From Caecitellus pseudoparvulus (taxonomy: Eukaryota > Protista > Bigyra: Bicosoecida), in the NCBI GenBank assembly GCA_965644315.1, contig CBFFRQ010000096.1, positions 1 through 64,000 of the forward strand: DNA of 64,000 nt, read 5' to 3'. The notes beneath the pieces are model-generated. The model was not told the origin of the DNA. It worked only from the letters and a program-made list of their open reading frames with translations, and ran no database searches. Shown one piece after another: positions 52,481-64,000 of this stretch (position 1 is the stretch's first letter; each line of letters starts with the position of its first letter). The translations under genes and the position numbers were made by a program.

Positions 52481-54414
52481 TCAGCAGCTGGCCGGCAGGC
52501 GTTCGTAGGCGGGGGGCAGAGCGGCGCAGCGCTGGTTCATGCCAGCATACGGCTGAATGGAGTTGAAGCCGTCCAGAGTGATCGTGTAGTTTCCCATGAG
52601 CTGGCAGGTGTCAGTCGTGGGAGAGTTGTCGCGGCAAGCTGGCACGTGCTCCCAGTACGTGGCGTTGAAGAGCGCCAGGGAGTACAAGTCCTTATTGTTG
52701 AACTCAGTGCACTGAATATCCTGCGCGAGCGGACCAAAGACGCCCCCTGCCTTGAAGATCTCGCACGCGTACACGTCACACACCATGGATGGCCCATCGG
52801 GGTACACCCAGTCATCCTGTTCAGGCACCGCCATGACTTCCCCCATGGTCATGCCCAACTGCTTCCAGGCATGCAGGGCTACCTGGGGCGTGTTCAGTCC
52901 CTGCGTCCCGATATGGAAGTTAAACGCATACTCCCACATCTTCTTTGCAATGGCGGAGTCGAACCCTGACACCACGCCGAAGACAACCTCCAGAAGCTCC
53001 CAAGTCGCCGGGTAGGGCAGGTTCCCGGAGGGCGTGTCCACAAAGCCCCACAGGAAGTTATGGTAGCCGTACGGCAGCCCAGTGGACTTCTCAATGAAGG
53101 CTTGGGCAGCTTGAGAGTCAAAGGCGGCCTGCGTCGCCTCTGACGGTGCGAGCAACATGATGTTGAAGTCAGCAGCGAGAGCCAGTGGCACCCACTCCTC
53201 CCATGTGTGCATCTGGATGTTGGGGCGAGTCCAGTAGCTGGTGGTGTCGGTTGACTCAACCACCATGAGTGTGCCGTTGTCCCAGCGGAATGCCATCGCA
53301 ATGTGGTCTGTGTGTGCTCCTGTGCCCCAGTCTTCCAACGCCGCCAGCCCGTCAAGGCGCAAAATAGCCAAAATGGTGCCGCTGGGGATGTCATCGGGGT
53401 GCACGTCGGTGACTGACTTCAGTCCAGAAGGTGGCAGGGGGTTCATGGCGTACTCACGCATGAAGGCCAGAGTGCGGGGAATGGAGGCAGGGGGCACTGC
53501 AGGGCCTTCAGTTTCAGATGGAATGAACAGCTCCACCGTGCTGACCAGGTCCACGATGGCGGTGATGGCGTCTTGGTTGAAGGCAAACACCCGCACGCCA
53601 AATGTTTCAACCCACTCTGCAGAGCCCTCAGGCCAGTTGTTGACAGGCACGCTCACGTTGTGTGTGCCAGCAGAGGACACACTGTGGAAGGCCAGCTGGC
53701 TGACCGTTCCCAACAAGTACAAGTCCTCACTGCGAGACATTCAACAGGGCGTGAGTCGTGCGGCTTCACGCAAAGCCATGCAGCCTCGCAGCGTTGGCAA
53801 CGCTGGAGCGAGCCCAGGTTTCGAGCCCGCACAGCACGCTGGCGAGGTGATGCACGAAGCTGCAAGGGGCACGCACCACAGGAGGGCTTTGCTGCTTCCA
53901 ACAAAGAACTTCAGCTCAACGCTGCCTTGCTTTGGAATGCCCTGCAGGGTGAGGAGGTACGGCTCAGTGCGCTCAGAGCAACTTCTGCTGCACTGCACTT
54001 GTTGCCACACCACGCCGAGCGCACCATCACTGTCGTTGTGCGATTGCACCTGCTGTTGAACTTGAGAGTTGAACCATTTACCACACTGCCAACGAATGGG
54101 GGGAGCATGGCGAAGGCAGAGGGTGGCACTGGGGACCAGGGCTTTGGGCCGACCGTGCCAACCTCGCCAGCGCTTAGGCGAGCGCGGTCTGCCACGGGCT
54201 TCAGCGCTCCGTGCAGGGCACCAGCCCACGCCAGGAGCTTGTCGCGGGGCGACCCTGCTGCTTGGGCACCGGCTTGAAGGGAAGACGTCACAGCATCGCC
54301 CAGAGCTCTGGAATAGTCGAGGCTCTGCTCTGCAGACGCCTGGCCCAAGCTGTACAGCAGGCAAGAGGCGATGACCGCGCACTGAACACCAACAGCGAGG
54401 CGAAAGGGATTCAT
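52481..54414 (-). CDS. Secreted protein with a permuted papain-like (NlpC/P60) fold, plant/protist conserved family, spliced
   Basis: Signal peptide MNPFRLAVGVQCAVIASCLL. IPSGTILAILRLDG, HTDHIAM (His), GLPYGYHN and downstream MVCDVY (Cys). Confidence 0.65.
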
Positions 54415-54746
54415 GGCAAATGGGTCTATAGCGAGGAGGCCTCGCGAGGCGATACACTTCAAGTCAGCTGCTTCATCTACTGCGCGATTTTGGGACGGCG
54501 GTGTGGTGGGCACCAGTATGGGGCGGGCGGCATGCATCAGCCCCTCAGGATCCACAAAACAAGAAACATCACGCAAGCTCAAACGGTAGCACCGTTCATC
54601 CCTTGCACGCCCCCAACAGGCCCTCAGTCTCAGTCAGGGCACCTGCAGCACGGGAAGGTCCGCCGCACGAAACGCCACTCCACCACGCCGAAGCCTGACC
54701 TTACGCCAGGCCCCCACAAGCAGGCGCAGCAGACAGGACCGACAGC

Positions 54747-57700
54747 ATGCCCACAGTCTTGCGTGTTTCGGGTCGTGGAGGGGAGACAAAGAGGTGAGAT
54801 CGCCCCCCCAAGCCTGCTGTGGGCAGCGAGCGCCAGCGCAACCGCCTGCGCTGAGTGGCTTTCGCAGGATAAAGGTGGACCTCGACGTCGACACGCTCAC
54901 CAGCGTCAAGCCACTCATCGCCGAGGCATTCGAGCTCGCAGTGGCCCCGGAATCGTTGGCAGTTTGCAGTGAAAACAGCGCCATCATCACCAGCGCCTTC
55001 TCCGAGCTGCGGGCCGGTGACATTCGCAGTGACCAGACCGTGCCTCTCAGCCAACTCGGCCTCAAGCGCGGCAGCTTCATCTACGCAGCTTGGCCGGAGA
55101 GCAGCGACGAGGCGCCCGCCGTTGCCGCGCCGGCACCCGAGACTGCGGGGGTGGGAGCATCTGCCGCAGCAGCCGCAGCACCAGGCTTGCGAGATGCCCA
55201 GCCCGTAAAGGGGGCGACGTGCGTGAACTGCACATGCAGCCCTGGCCCCGTGCCCTCGCCCGCATTGACCATGATGCGCCCTTCACAGGACGTTTGATGC
55301 TGTGTCGGCCGCCTTGGCTGCGAGGGGTGTTGTGTTGCTGCATGTGCACCTTCCCAGCGGCCGCCAGCTGAAGGACCAGGAGGCGCCAGAGTCCATGACT
55401 GTGCAGCAGCTGAAGGAAGCGTGAGTCGCACGTGGAGCTGAAGCCAGTCGCGTGAGTCTAACCCTGTCTCGTGGGTGCCCCTTCCTGCGCAGGATCGTGG
55501 CACGCTTCGGCGACGAGCTGCGCGTGTCAGCTGACAGCGTCGTTGGGGACGTTGCCGGGCACCACCTGTTGGACAAGTTAGTGTTGTTGGATGATGGCGA
55601 GCAAGCAGTTGTGCAGAACCAACTTGCCTCCGCTCGTGGTGCCGCTGAGGTAAGGCGTGCGATCATGTCCAACGCGGTGCGCTTTGGTGCAGGCGATGCG
55701 GCACTGGCCGTCGATGCTCGTGGCCCGGCCCTGGAACAGCAGCGCCACGCCAGCAAGCGAGTGCACGTCATGCTTGCCCCTGGACCCGAGACAGAAAGTG
55801 GGGGTGCTGGCAGCGCCCACGAAGGCAAGGAGGCAGCTGCGGGGAGCGGCGGCGCAGCGATCGAGGGCGGCACGGTGGTGCGGGGCGGCACTGGCCCCCT
55901 CATCCAAGAGTGGAAAGGCGAAGCCTTCGACAAGAACAAAGACGTCCTGAAGCCCTTTTCTGTTAAGGACACGACGACCAAAAGCATCGCCGTCAACACG
56001 GACCCTTTCTTCAACCAGAGCCTGGCAGTGCGCCGTGTCGCATGGCTGTTCGGGACTGTGGGGGAGGACCACGCCATCACCGTGCAGGCGTGGTACGAAC
56101 CGCCCCAGTACGGGTTCGTAAACCGATTCCTTCTCCTAGAGGATGCCCACCGGGGAGCTGTCGATGCCATCGCTGCAGAGCTGGGGTATGAGCTGGTTGG
56201 GTGGTGCTTCACCTGCCCCTTCCGCGCGCCGGAGGAGCCCTTGACGGGGCCAGAAGTCATGAAAATCGCCCAGCTGCAGGCACGCATCCCCCACTTTACC
56301 ACCCTTGTCTTTCAGTCAGAGCGCCTGCCTGCAGAACTCGTGCAGCAGCTGGGCGACGCGGCGGGCGCCGGCGTGGCCGCAGCAGGCGCTGGAGCTGGTG
56401 CCGGGGAGTCCAAGGTGTCCGGCACCACCCACGCTGGGCGGACGGTGACAGTGCAGAGCATGCAGGCGTACCAGTTGCAGAAGCAGATCGTGGAGTTGGC
56501 CCGGCAAGGCAAGCTGCACTACGATGCAGACCGCCCCGAGCGCACGAACGGCAGCGCCCACATCCTGTGGAGCGACGAGACGAAGATGGGTGTGAACCCT
56601 GACACGGACGACTACGGCCCCACCAACAAAATCATGGTGTCGTATGCCGCCGCTCCTGTTCCCATCATCGGCCTGAACCCCTTTCAAACTGACCTGCGGC
56701 CTCCGTGGTTCCCCGCAGGCAACAGGTACGACCAGCACGGCAGTCAAATCGCCATCACACCAGCGCTGTACCAAGACCGGGCACTGCAGGAGTTCCTCGC
56801 CGCCCACGGCAACATTGACGTGCTGCAGGTCTTTGCCGACTTCAACTTCCTTGTCCATGCCGCTCGGCTGAGCATCGCGGCATATGGGGCAGCTGCCTGG
56901 GAGTCCACCGTCACCGCGTTTCGGAAAGTGTACGCGGAAGGAGCCAGTCCCCCCACTGGCGAGGCTCTTGCGCATGACGTTGAAGACGTGCTTGGTCAGC
57001 GGTACAGCTTCCGCAAGGATGCGGGTGTGCCAGAGGCGTGGTTCACTCCTGAGGAGGTGCTGAGCATGGCCCGGCATGTGCGTCGCTTCATTCGCGCTGA
57101 GGCGGCAGGGGATGTCGATAGCGCCGACCGCACGCTGTCCGAAGCAGAGAGCTTCGCACCGAAAGTTTGGCGCCTCATGAACCTTGGTTGGAGGTGCCCC
57201 CACTGCCACATGAACGGCCAGCTGAACAAATTCGACGCGCCAGCCATGCTGGTGGCGCACCTCCGCCGCGTGCACCAAGCCGATGATGAAGTGCAGCCTG
57301 TGCTGAACCCGCTGTCTGCTGCTTTCGCCAACTGCGCCGTGGACCGCAACAAGCTGACGCTGAACCTCGAACGAGACCTGCGTCAGCACCACCTTGCCAG
57401 GCGGCTGGGCATCACAGCCTCCTCCACCAGCGACGATGAAGGGGAGTTCGACAGCATCCACGGCTTCAGGCAGGCACTGCCCCGCATCGCCCGAGGTGGC
57501 TTCATGCGAGGCCCCACCCGGGCGGAGCGTGAGCGGCAGCAGATGCGGCAGGCCATGGAGGCCAGCATGCGAGAAGCAGGCATGGATGAGGCCGGCATCG
57601 CTGCGGCGCTGGCTGAGGACACGCTGAGTCCCACTGGTTCCCCCGGCACCTGGGAGCCACCAGTGGCGGCATCCACTCAAGGTGCAGGAGGGGGCACTGG

Positions 57701-58364
57701 TACTGGGGACAGCCCTGTTGCCGAGGAACGGACTGGTGCAGGAGGTGGTGGCCCTGGTGAAGACGGTGGCATGTTGGGCGGGTTGTTGGCCGGTTCAGGT
57801 GCACTCATGAGCTCCGCCTCGAGGACAGGAGAGGACCTCCTGAGCACGTTCCACTCCATGATGGCCTCAACTGGCCAGCAGTTCCTCTCGCAGCAGCCCA
57901 CACCACCCACGCAGAGCCGGGCACGCACACACAAAAAGCTCACTCGTTCCCAACGCAAGCCCAAACGGACCGGCACCGACCGCGCATCAAGGGCTTACAA
58001 CAAGCACGTAAGCATTACGCGGCAAGCGCGCGGTGAAGGCTCTGAGCAGCCACAAGTTCCCTCTCTGCGGGTCCATGGCAGGGGATCTACAGCGTCGGCA
58101 GCCCAAGCAACGGCATCGCCAACTCCAGTTGCAGATCAAAGTGGGCCGAGTCACTCCCCCATAGCGACAAGCCAGCCCCCGTCTGGCCTGCCGACAAGGC
58201 CTGACGGCCTGACAGATGCTGAGTGGCACGAGGCCCTCATCGCTGCAGGGCACTTTTCCCCACCTGCGGCGGCAGTAGCAGGAGCTACTGGTGGGGGGGC
58301 GCCTTCCACCGACGACGAGGAAGAGGACTTTGTACTCGTCGGCAGGACCGCTTCCAAGAAATGA
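54747..58364 (+). CDS. NPL4: NPL4-family p97/CDC48 cofactor with extra C2H2 finger and UIM-like helix, spliced
   Basis: N-terminal ubiquitin-like region ending LSQLGLKRGSFIY. RVAWLFG, AWYEPPQ, LVGWCFT, FPAGNR and ADFNFL. WRCPHCH...HLRRVH. QMRQAMEASM. Confidence 0.8.
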
Positions 58365-58524
58365 CAAGACTGGTGACGGAAAAATTCAGCCGCCCAACAC
58401 TGCGACATTGCACTCTCTCTCTCTCTTCGTTGGCAACGGGCTGGCCTTTCTTGGGTGTTCAGTGCCCGGGAACGAAGAGTTTCATTGGCGTTTCATGTAC
58501 AGCGACTGATCACTCGAAAGCAGC

Positions 58525-60198
58525 ATGCACAAGGCACGGGTGCCAGTGCAGGTCGCAAGACTTGGACTTCAACGAGTCTTTGCCCCAGTGCAGTGCATGC
58601 TGCCGCCCCCCATGCTTAGCACGCTACAAGCCTCCCACGGCTTTGCCTCCGCTGCCAGCTCGCCCCTGAAAGCTGTGCGGCTCACTCGATCTGCTGAGCA
58701 CCTACTGAATCAGCATCGGGAACGGCGGCGCCAGGCAGAAGAGACTGATGCCTTCAATTCTCATAGTGCGGTGACAGCGCGCAAGAAGGCGTCATCGTCC
58801 CGCACCCGTCGCCTGAAGGCAGCAACCTCAGCAACTGAGCTGCTGGCGCTGTACTCCCAGGACGCGGACCAGATGGACGTCTTCAACACCGCTGCAGCCC
58901 TTCGCAGCACAGCGAGGCTCTTGAAATCGTCTCGCTATGCAGCTCGGAAGGCCATTTTGCGCTCCCCCACCTTCGCCACCCTGCTTCGGGGCACGCGCGC
59001 AGCACTGCGGCAAGCACATGCCGCCTCCGACCCTGCCCCCTTGCCCCCCCACGTCACGTGCATGCTGCTGCACTCACTGCTGACGCTAGGTGTGGTGCAG
59101 CATGGAGAGCTTGCACAGGGCGTGGCTTTGCTGGATCAGGAGCACTGGCAGGCGCTGCCAGCAGTGAAGGTGCCAAACCTTACCCAAACCACTGGCCTCT
59201 TCACCGCTGTTGTGCCATGGCTGGACCGGGCTGAAGCCAGGGAGGCAAAGGCAGTGCGCCAGCACTTGCGCACATTCCTGCAGCTGACGTTGAAGGCGAC
59301 AGACACGGCGAGTGGCGCGGGCTCGCACGCCTGCGGCACGCTGTGGGCCGCCTGCAAGCTGGGCGTTGCAGGGGCGAACGAGGCTTGGAGCCTGGCGGCG
59401 TTGGCGCTGGCGGACACAGCAGCCTTGACGCCGGGTGCTGTCGTCATGGCCCTCAATGCTGCTGTGGCGCTGAGGGAGGGCGGCATGGACGAGGCAGTGG
59501 GGGACTGCACAGCCCCTGCCCACCTGCCGCCCTGGGCGGTCGTCGGAGCCTCATCCCCTGCGCATGAGCCGCTGTCCCAGCACCTTGCGAAGTGCTTTGC
59601 CCACGCTGCCGCTGCACACATGGGCAGCATGTCCATCAGTGAGGCATCAGGGGCCCTGTGGGCACTGCTGCGGCTGCAGGTGACTCACGAAGGCCACCTC
59701 CCGGCGCCAGGCACGGACAGCCGGCAAGGGTCGGTTGTGATGGAAGCACTTGCTGGGCACTTGCTCCGGTGTATTGGGGACGCCCCAGAGCTGCCGACAC
59801 CAGGGCAGCTCCGCGATCGGCCCCGTGGCGTGTCTGCGCTCGAGCAGGACTGCATTCATGCCGCGTGGGCTGTCGCGGCTCTGCTGCACCAGATGAGGGC
59901 GCTACAGCCCCCCTCGAGCCAGCCAGAGCATGCCCTGCTAGCCCCCACGCGGTCCATGCTGGCTGCAGTGAGAGGTGTTGCAGAGGCTGCTTCTATGGAC
60001 GGCCAGGCAGCAGGTGGCTCCGCCAGCCACAGAGCCGCGCGCCTTGCCACGCGTGCGAGGCAGGTGCTGCAGTTCGCGCGGCAAGCTGGTGTGCAGGAAG
60101 GCTTCGGAGCTGGCCTTGACGGCTCAGCTCGTGCAGAGCAGCAGGCTCGTCATGAAGCACTGCCAGCGTTTGCCGCAGCTCTCGGAGCCCGAGCGTGA
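58525..60198 (+). CDS. Helical-repeat protein, possibly an organellar RNA-binding (FASTK/RAP/OPR-like) protein
   Basis: Transit-peptide-like N-terminus, MDVFNTAAALRSTAR and repeated xxLWAxxKL helices. Confidence 0.5.
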   Translation: MHKARVPVQVARLGLQRVFAPVQCMLPPPMLSTLQASHGFASAASSPLKAVRLTRSAEHLLNQHRERRRQAEETDAFNSHSAVTARKKASSSRTRRLKAATSATELLALYSQDADQMDVFNTAAALRSTARLLKSSRYAARKAILRSPTFATLLRGTRAALRQAHAASDPAPLPPHVTCMLLHSLLTLGVVQHGELAQGVALLDQEHWQALPAVKVPNLTQTTGLFTAVVPWLDRAEAREAKAVRQHLRTFLQLTLKATDTASGAGSHACGTLWAACKLGVAGANEAWSLAALALADTAALTPGAVVMALNAAVALREGGMDEAVGDCTAPAHLPPWAVVGASSPAHEPLSQHLAKCFAHAAAAHMGSMSISEASGALWALLRLQVTHEGHLPAPGTDSRQGSVVMEALAGHLLRCIGDAPELPTPGQLRDRPRGVSALEQDCIHAAWAVAALLHQMRALQPPSSQPEHALLAPTRSMLAAVRGVAEAASMDGQAAGGSASHRAARLATRARQVLQFARQAGVQEGFGAGLDGSARAEQQARHEALPAFAAALGARA

Positions 60199-60215
60199 GC
60201 GGGGTTGCCATGGAT

Positions 60216-61388
60216 TCAGCCCTGTGCAAGCGCAGCGGCACGCTCTTCCCGCAACTCAGCCACGGAAGCATCCAGGGCGCCCTGGAGCCAGTCATCCACC
60301 GCCACGGTGTCATCCACCGCGTACGCCCAGCCCCCCGTGCACTTGACGGGGAAGGAGCACACCAGCCCCTCCTCCACGCCATAGCTGCCGTCGGTCGGCA
60401 CCGCCATGCTGACAGGCCCAGGGCAGCCCAGAAACCAGTCCCGTAAGTGGTCGCAAATGGCGCTCGCGGCAGACCCAGCGGAGGATGCACCGCGCTTGTC
60501 GATGACTGCCTTCCCGCGCTGCTGCGTGGCGTGCACCAAGTCGCCCAGCAACCAGCCCTCATCACCCACCTCTGCCCGCACGCCTTTCACAAGGGTTGCT
60601 CCTGGCGCTGCTAGCGTGGCAAAGCGGGCGTCAGGCACCTGCTTCGCACTGTGATTTCCCCAGATGAACGCCCCGCTAACATGGGCTGGCGGCACGCCCA
60701 ACTTCGCGGCAATCGCACTGACACACCGATTCTGGTCCAGGCGAGTCAAGGCCGTGATGTTGGTCTTGGGGATACTGGGGGCAAAGTGCGAAGTGATCAG
60801 CGCATTGGTGCAGCAGGGATTGCCCACCACCAGCACGTGCACGTCAGCTGAGGCGTGCTCGGCCAAAGCCTTGCCCTGTCCTTCAAAGATGGAGGCATTG
60901 GCTGCCAGCAAGTCACTGCGCAGCATTCCAGGTCCACGAGGCTTTGCTCCCACGAGCACAGCCACGTCACAGTCTTTGAACCCGTCGGCATAGCTTGTCG
61001 CTGTCACCACTGAGCTCTGCGAAACGGAAGAGAAACGCAATCCAAGTGCAAAGCCGAGACTGTGCTCACAGGCTCGATTACGCACCACAAGCTCGTACGC
61101 GCAGTCATCTAGTTCCATTTTCAGGGCCTCCAGCTTGTCTTCCATGCCTGGCAAATCCTGGCACGGTGACAAGGGGCGCGCGATGCGGAAAGGTTGTGCT
61201 GGACAATACGCCGCACTTCACCTCACAAGCAAATTCAGCTGCAATGTTTGCGCGCTCCCCAGTGCCCGCCCTTGAGCCAGCATGAAAGCCAAAGCATACC
61301 CGATGTTTCCAGCTGCACCAGTGATGGTCACGACCAGCGGGGCGGAAGGCTTCCCGCTGCTCCCGCCGGGAACTGGCACCGCCGCCAT
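60216..61388 (-). CDS. MDH1: Malate dehydrogenase, cytosolic MDH1 type, spliced
   Basis: [43 protein letters not shown] and [10 protein letters not shown]. Confidence 0.95.
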
Positions 61389-61601
61389 GACAGGCCTGAC
61401 CAAGAGGGTCTCTGCTCACGAAGGCGAGGGGCTGGCGAGAAGTGCCTTTTAGGGTGGTTGGGACGGTAAAGGGTACGTTTAAGTTTCACGTGGCTGCGAA
61501 AAGTGTTGTATTGGCTGCTCGAACAGGACAGTAGTGTCAGAATTTTGTCCTACGCACTCCTTACTTTGGAGAACGTAAATTCTGACAGCTCATAAAGCAC
61601 C

Positions 61602-64000
61602 CTAGACATCAGGTTTGTGCCTGATGGCGGGGAGATTATCTTGCCCAGGCTGCACCGGGGGACGTGGCAACGTTGACGACTTCAGCCTCCGCGGAGGTGG
61701 TGGGGCTGGCTTGCGTCTCTTCTTGCGGGAGCGTCGCTTTGATGACTCTGGCCTGGTAGACTCGCCTGCCGGCGGCACGAAGGCTTGCAAAGTTTTCGAG
61801 CCAAGGATAGTGCCCGCCATGTCTGCGAGCGTTTCTTGTTGAGCTTGTAGAGCTCGGCGCAGATCGCCCTGCTCAGGGATGGCTGGGCGGTTCGGGGGCG
61901 GCGCGAAGAGACGTGCTCGCTGAGAAGCCAGGGCATGGACCTGCGCTGCATGGGGCTTCTTGGGGACCAGCGAAGGCAAGCTCGGCGTCGATGGAGGTGG
62001 TTGCCCCCCTGAGCAGCGAGCAGCAAACTTTAGCACGGTGGACAGCCGTGTCAGGGCGTCGACTTGAGAGGCATGCAAGTCTTTTGTGCTCGCTCCACTC
62101 TGCAGTCCATGCTGGGCGTGCACCCCCGCAACTTGAATGCGTTTGTTGTCTACTCTTTCACGCAGTTCAGCAGTGCCGCGCTCGACTTGGATGTGGCTGG
62201 TTTGCGAGCTACGCCTGCTGCTCGACGCGGTGCTGGCTTGGGACACCTCCCGCCCATCCGCCCATCGAGAATCCGGAAGTTGTTCCTGCATGGAGGCAAG
62301 AAGGTCTTTGCCGGCCGTTGTGAATGTGCGCTGCACGGATGGCCGCCGTGCAGGAGGAGTCGCATGTGGACTGCTGTCCGCAATGCCCGTGTGGTCCACG
62401 AGGGCTGTGATTTCTCCACGTTTCATGAAGACACCACTCTCAGCTCGGGGAATGGACAAGCGCCGCGGCACTTGCTGCGACCGACGACGCTTTAAGTGCT
62501 CTGTCCGCACGCGCATTGCGGCGTTGATCGCGTTGCGGATGATGGGGGGGAGCTCTCGTCGAGCCTGTGACAGTATGAGGAGGGGGGGTGCACTCATGTG
62601 TGCGGTGGCAAAGGCAGTTTTGAAGTGATGCTCCATGGCCCGCTTGACCACTGCTTTGGGGTGCTGCAAAACGAATCTTGCATCGTGCACATTGAGGCTC
62701 AGAGCATGCCGCCGAGTGTACTCAGCGTTGGCTTCCCGTAGAGTCCGCAAGCGCCGTGCATGCTCCCGGCGCTTCTCCGTCAAGTAGCGGCGAAGGAGAG
62801 TCTGCTTCATGCCAGAGGGAACTGCCATCCTTGTGAAGCCGCAAGCGACAAGCTTCCCCCGGCGTGAGTCGTCCACCGTGTACACAACCTGCCTTGATGT
62901 CAGCCATGTCGGCAGCTGTAGCTTGGTTCTCACCGCCCGCTGCTCTGCTGAGTCTGGTATAAGCCCAGCTTCCTTTGCTGGGTGCCGTAAGAGCTGGGTG
63001 GGCTCCATGTCGCCGGGAGCGTGCCGCCCTTCAACTGCGGACCCGGTCTTCGCAGCTATCACGCCATGCTGCGTGCCGTACAGAGCACAGCCTTTGAGCA
63101 GCTCCCAAGCAGACGTGGGTCGGGAAGGCTTGAGTTGAGAAGTTTGTGGGCGACGTTGTGGACTCTCTGCACGTCTGGCTCTTGCTTGTGCTGTCCGCGG
63201 TCGCTGGGGATGATGTGTCGGTGTGTCGCCCCGCCTATGTTCTTGCAAGTGCAGGCTTAAACGCTTGCTCCTATCTGCCAGGGCAGACCTTGGTCGGGCT
63301 ATGCGCGCCGAGGGAGGCCTGTGCGAGTGGTACTGGTCTTTGTTGCCGCCGCTCCTGCCCGGCGCTTGCGCTGCTGACGAGGCCTGCGCCTGTGCGAGCA
63401 CTCGTCGGGCCCTTGCAATGCCAGGTTGCTTCTCATTTCGAGCAGATGCAGAGAGCACATGGCGAAGGTACACAGCCCGGGAGCTGTCATTCAGCTTGAG
63501 CTCACGCGCTTCAAGGTCGTCCCATACTTTCGTCAGGAGGAGCATGCGAGTCGTGGTGCTGAGCTTGTACGCGCGCCACATTCGCTGCCACGTGTGCACC
63601 CCGCGCTGCATGGAGCGGATGAGACCCAGCCACCGTGCGATGGGATGCCTGGATGCTTGGAGAGCACCACGGATGATGTTCGCAGCGCGCTGCTTGGCCG
63701 CTCTGCCTGCTTGCAGGCGAGCAATGAAGCGTACAACATGGCCCAGCTTGAGGAACAGCCGTCGCAGAGGAGAGAGGGCTTGCCGCCGCTCACGCCACTT
63801 CCATACTCGCCACCTCCGTTGTAGTTCCATGGCCGCCTCTGCAACTCTGCGGTCGGCGCGGTGGAAGTGTAGCGCGTCGCGCCATCGCTGCGTTGCTGCT
63901 GTTTGGGCCAGGAGGGCTGCCCACAACTGTTGTCGTTGGGCATGGCGATACTCGTCCGCCCTCCTTGCCACAAAGGCTCGACCAAAGAGCGTTTGGGTCT
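61602..64000 (-). CDS. Basic IQ-motif-like hypothetical protein (5' end outside the window)
   Basis: Frame of at least 789 aa with IQ-like LQRRWRVWKWR and WQRMWRAYK. Confidence 0.55.
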   Translation of the reverse strand, partial: TQTLFGRAFVARRADEYRHAQRQQLWAALLAQTAATQRWRDALHFHRADRRVAEAAMELQRRWRVWKWRERRQALSPLRRLFLKLGHVVRFIARLQAGRAAKQRAANIIRGALQASRHPIARWLGLIRSMQRGVHTWQRMWRAYKLSTTTRMLLLTKVWDDLEARELKLNDSSRAVYLRHVLSASARNEKQPGIARARRVLAQAQASSAAQAPGRSGGNKDQYHSHRPPSARIARPRSALADRSKRLSLHLQEHRRGDTPTHHPQRPRTAQARARRAESPQRRPQTSQLKPSRPTSAWELLKGCALYGTQHGVIAAKTGSAVEGRHAPGDMEPTQLLRHPAKEAGLIPDSAEQRAVRTKLQLPTWLTSRQVVYTVDDSRRGKLVACGFTRMAVPSGMKQTLLRRYLTEKRREHARRLRTLREANAEYTRRHALSLNVHDARFVLQHPKAVVKRAMEHHFKTAFATAHMSAPPLLILSQARRELPPIIRNAINAAMRVRTEHLKRRRSQQVPRRLSIPRAESGVFMKRGEITALVDHTGIADSSPHATPPARRPSVQRTFTTAGKDLLASMQEQLPDSRWADGREVSQASTASSSRRSSQTSHIQVERGTAELRERVDNKRIQVAGVHAQHGLQSGASTKDLHASQVDALTRLSTVLKFAARCSGGQPPPSTPSLPSLVPKKPHAAQVHALASQRARLFAPPPNRPAIPEQGDLRRALQAQQETLADMAGTILGSKTLQAFVPPAGESTRPESSKRRSRKKRRKPAPPPPRRLKSSTLPRPPVQPGQDNLPAIRHKPDV

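Overview
GC-rich, intron-containing eukaryotic genomic DNA, probably from a flagellated protist (DRC12 and CEP57 homologues are present; a Cafeteria-like stramenopile is a guess). About 16 host genes flank a three-level nested insertion. (1) A degenerate hAT DNA transposon at 25631-50917 has perfect 22-bp TIRs, an 8-bp TSD (ATTTTGGC) and a relic hAT dimerisation motif. (2) Inserted in the 3' end of its transposase pseudogene is a complete AT-rich endogenous DNA virus at 26590-49415 (about 18.3 kb net) with 682-bp TIRs and a short TSD. It encodes an rve integrase, a protein-primed PolB with an OTU-like domain, an SF3 helicase, a lipase, a packaging ATPase, a Polinton/PLV-type major capsid protein, a penton and a modular fibre. 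No maturation protease is recognisable. (3) Its major capsid gene is split by a 4.54-kb GC-rich PIF/Harbinger-type transposon at 34983-39522 (24-bp TIRs, TTAA junctions); removing it restores a 447-aa capsid ORF exactly in frame. Twelve of the 17 viral genes have TCTA 9-14 nt before the ATG, the CroV-late/mavirus promoter motif, and several genes end in AT-rich hairpins. This suggests an integrating Polinton-like virus with a virophage lifestyle that depends on giant-virus transcription. All protein assignments are by-eye motif recognition; no database searches were run.
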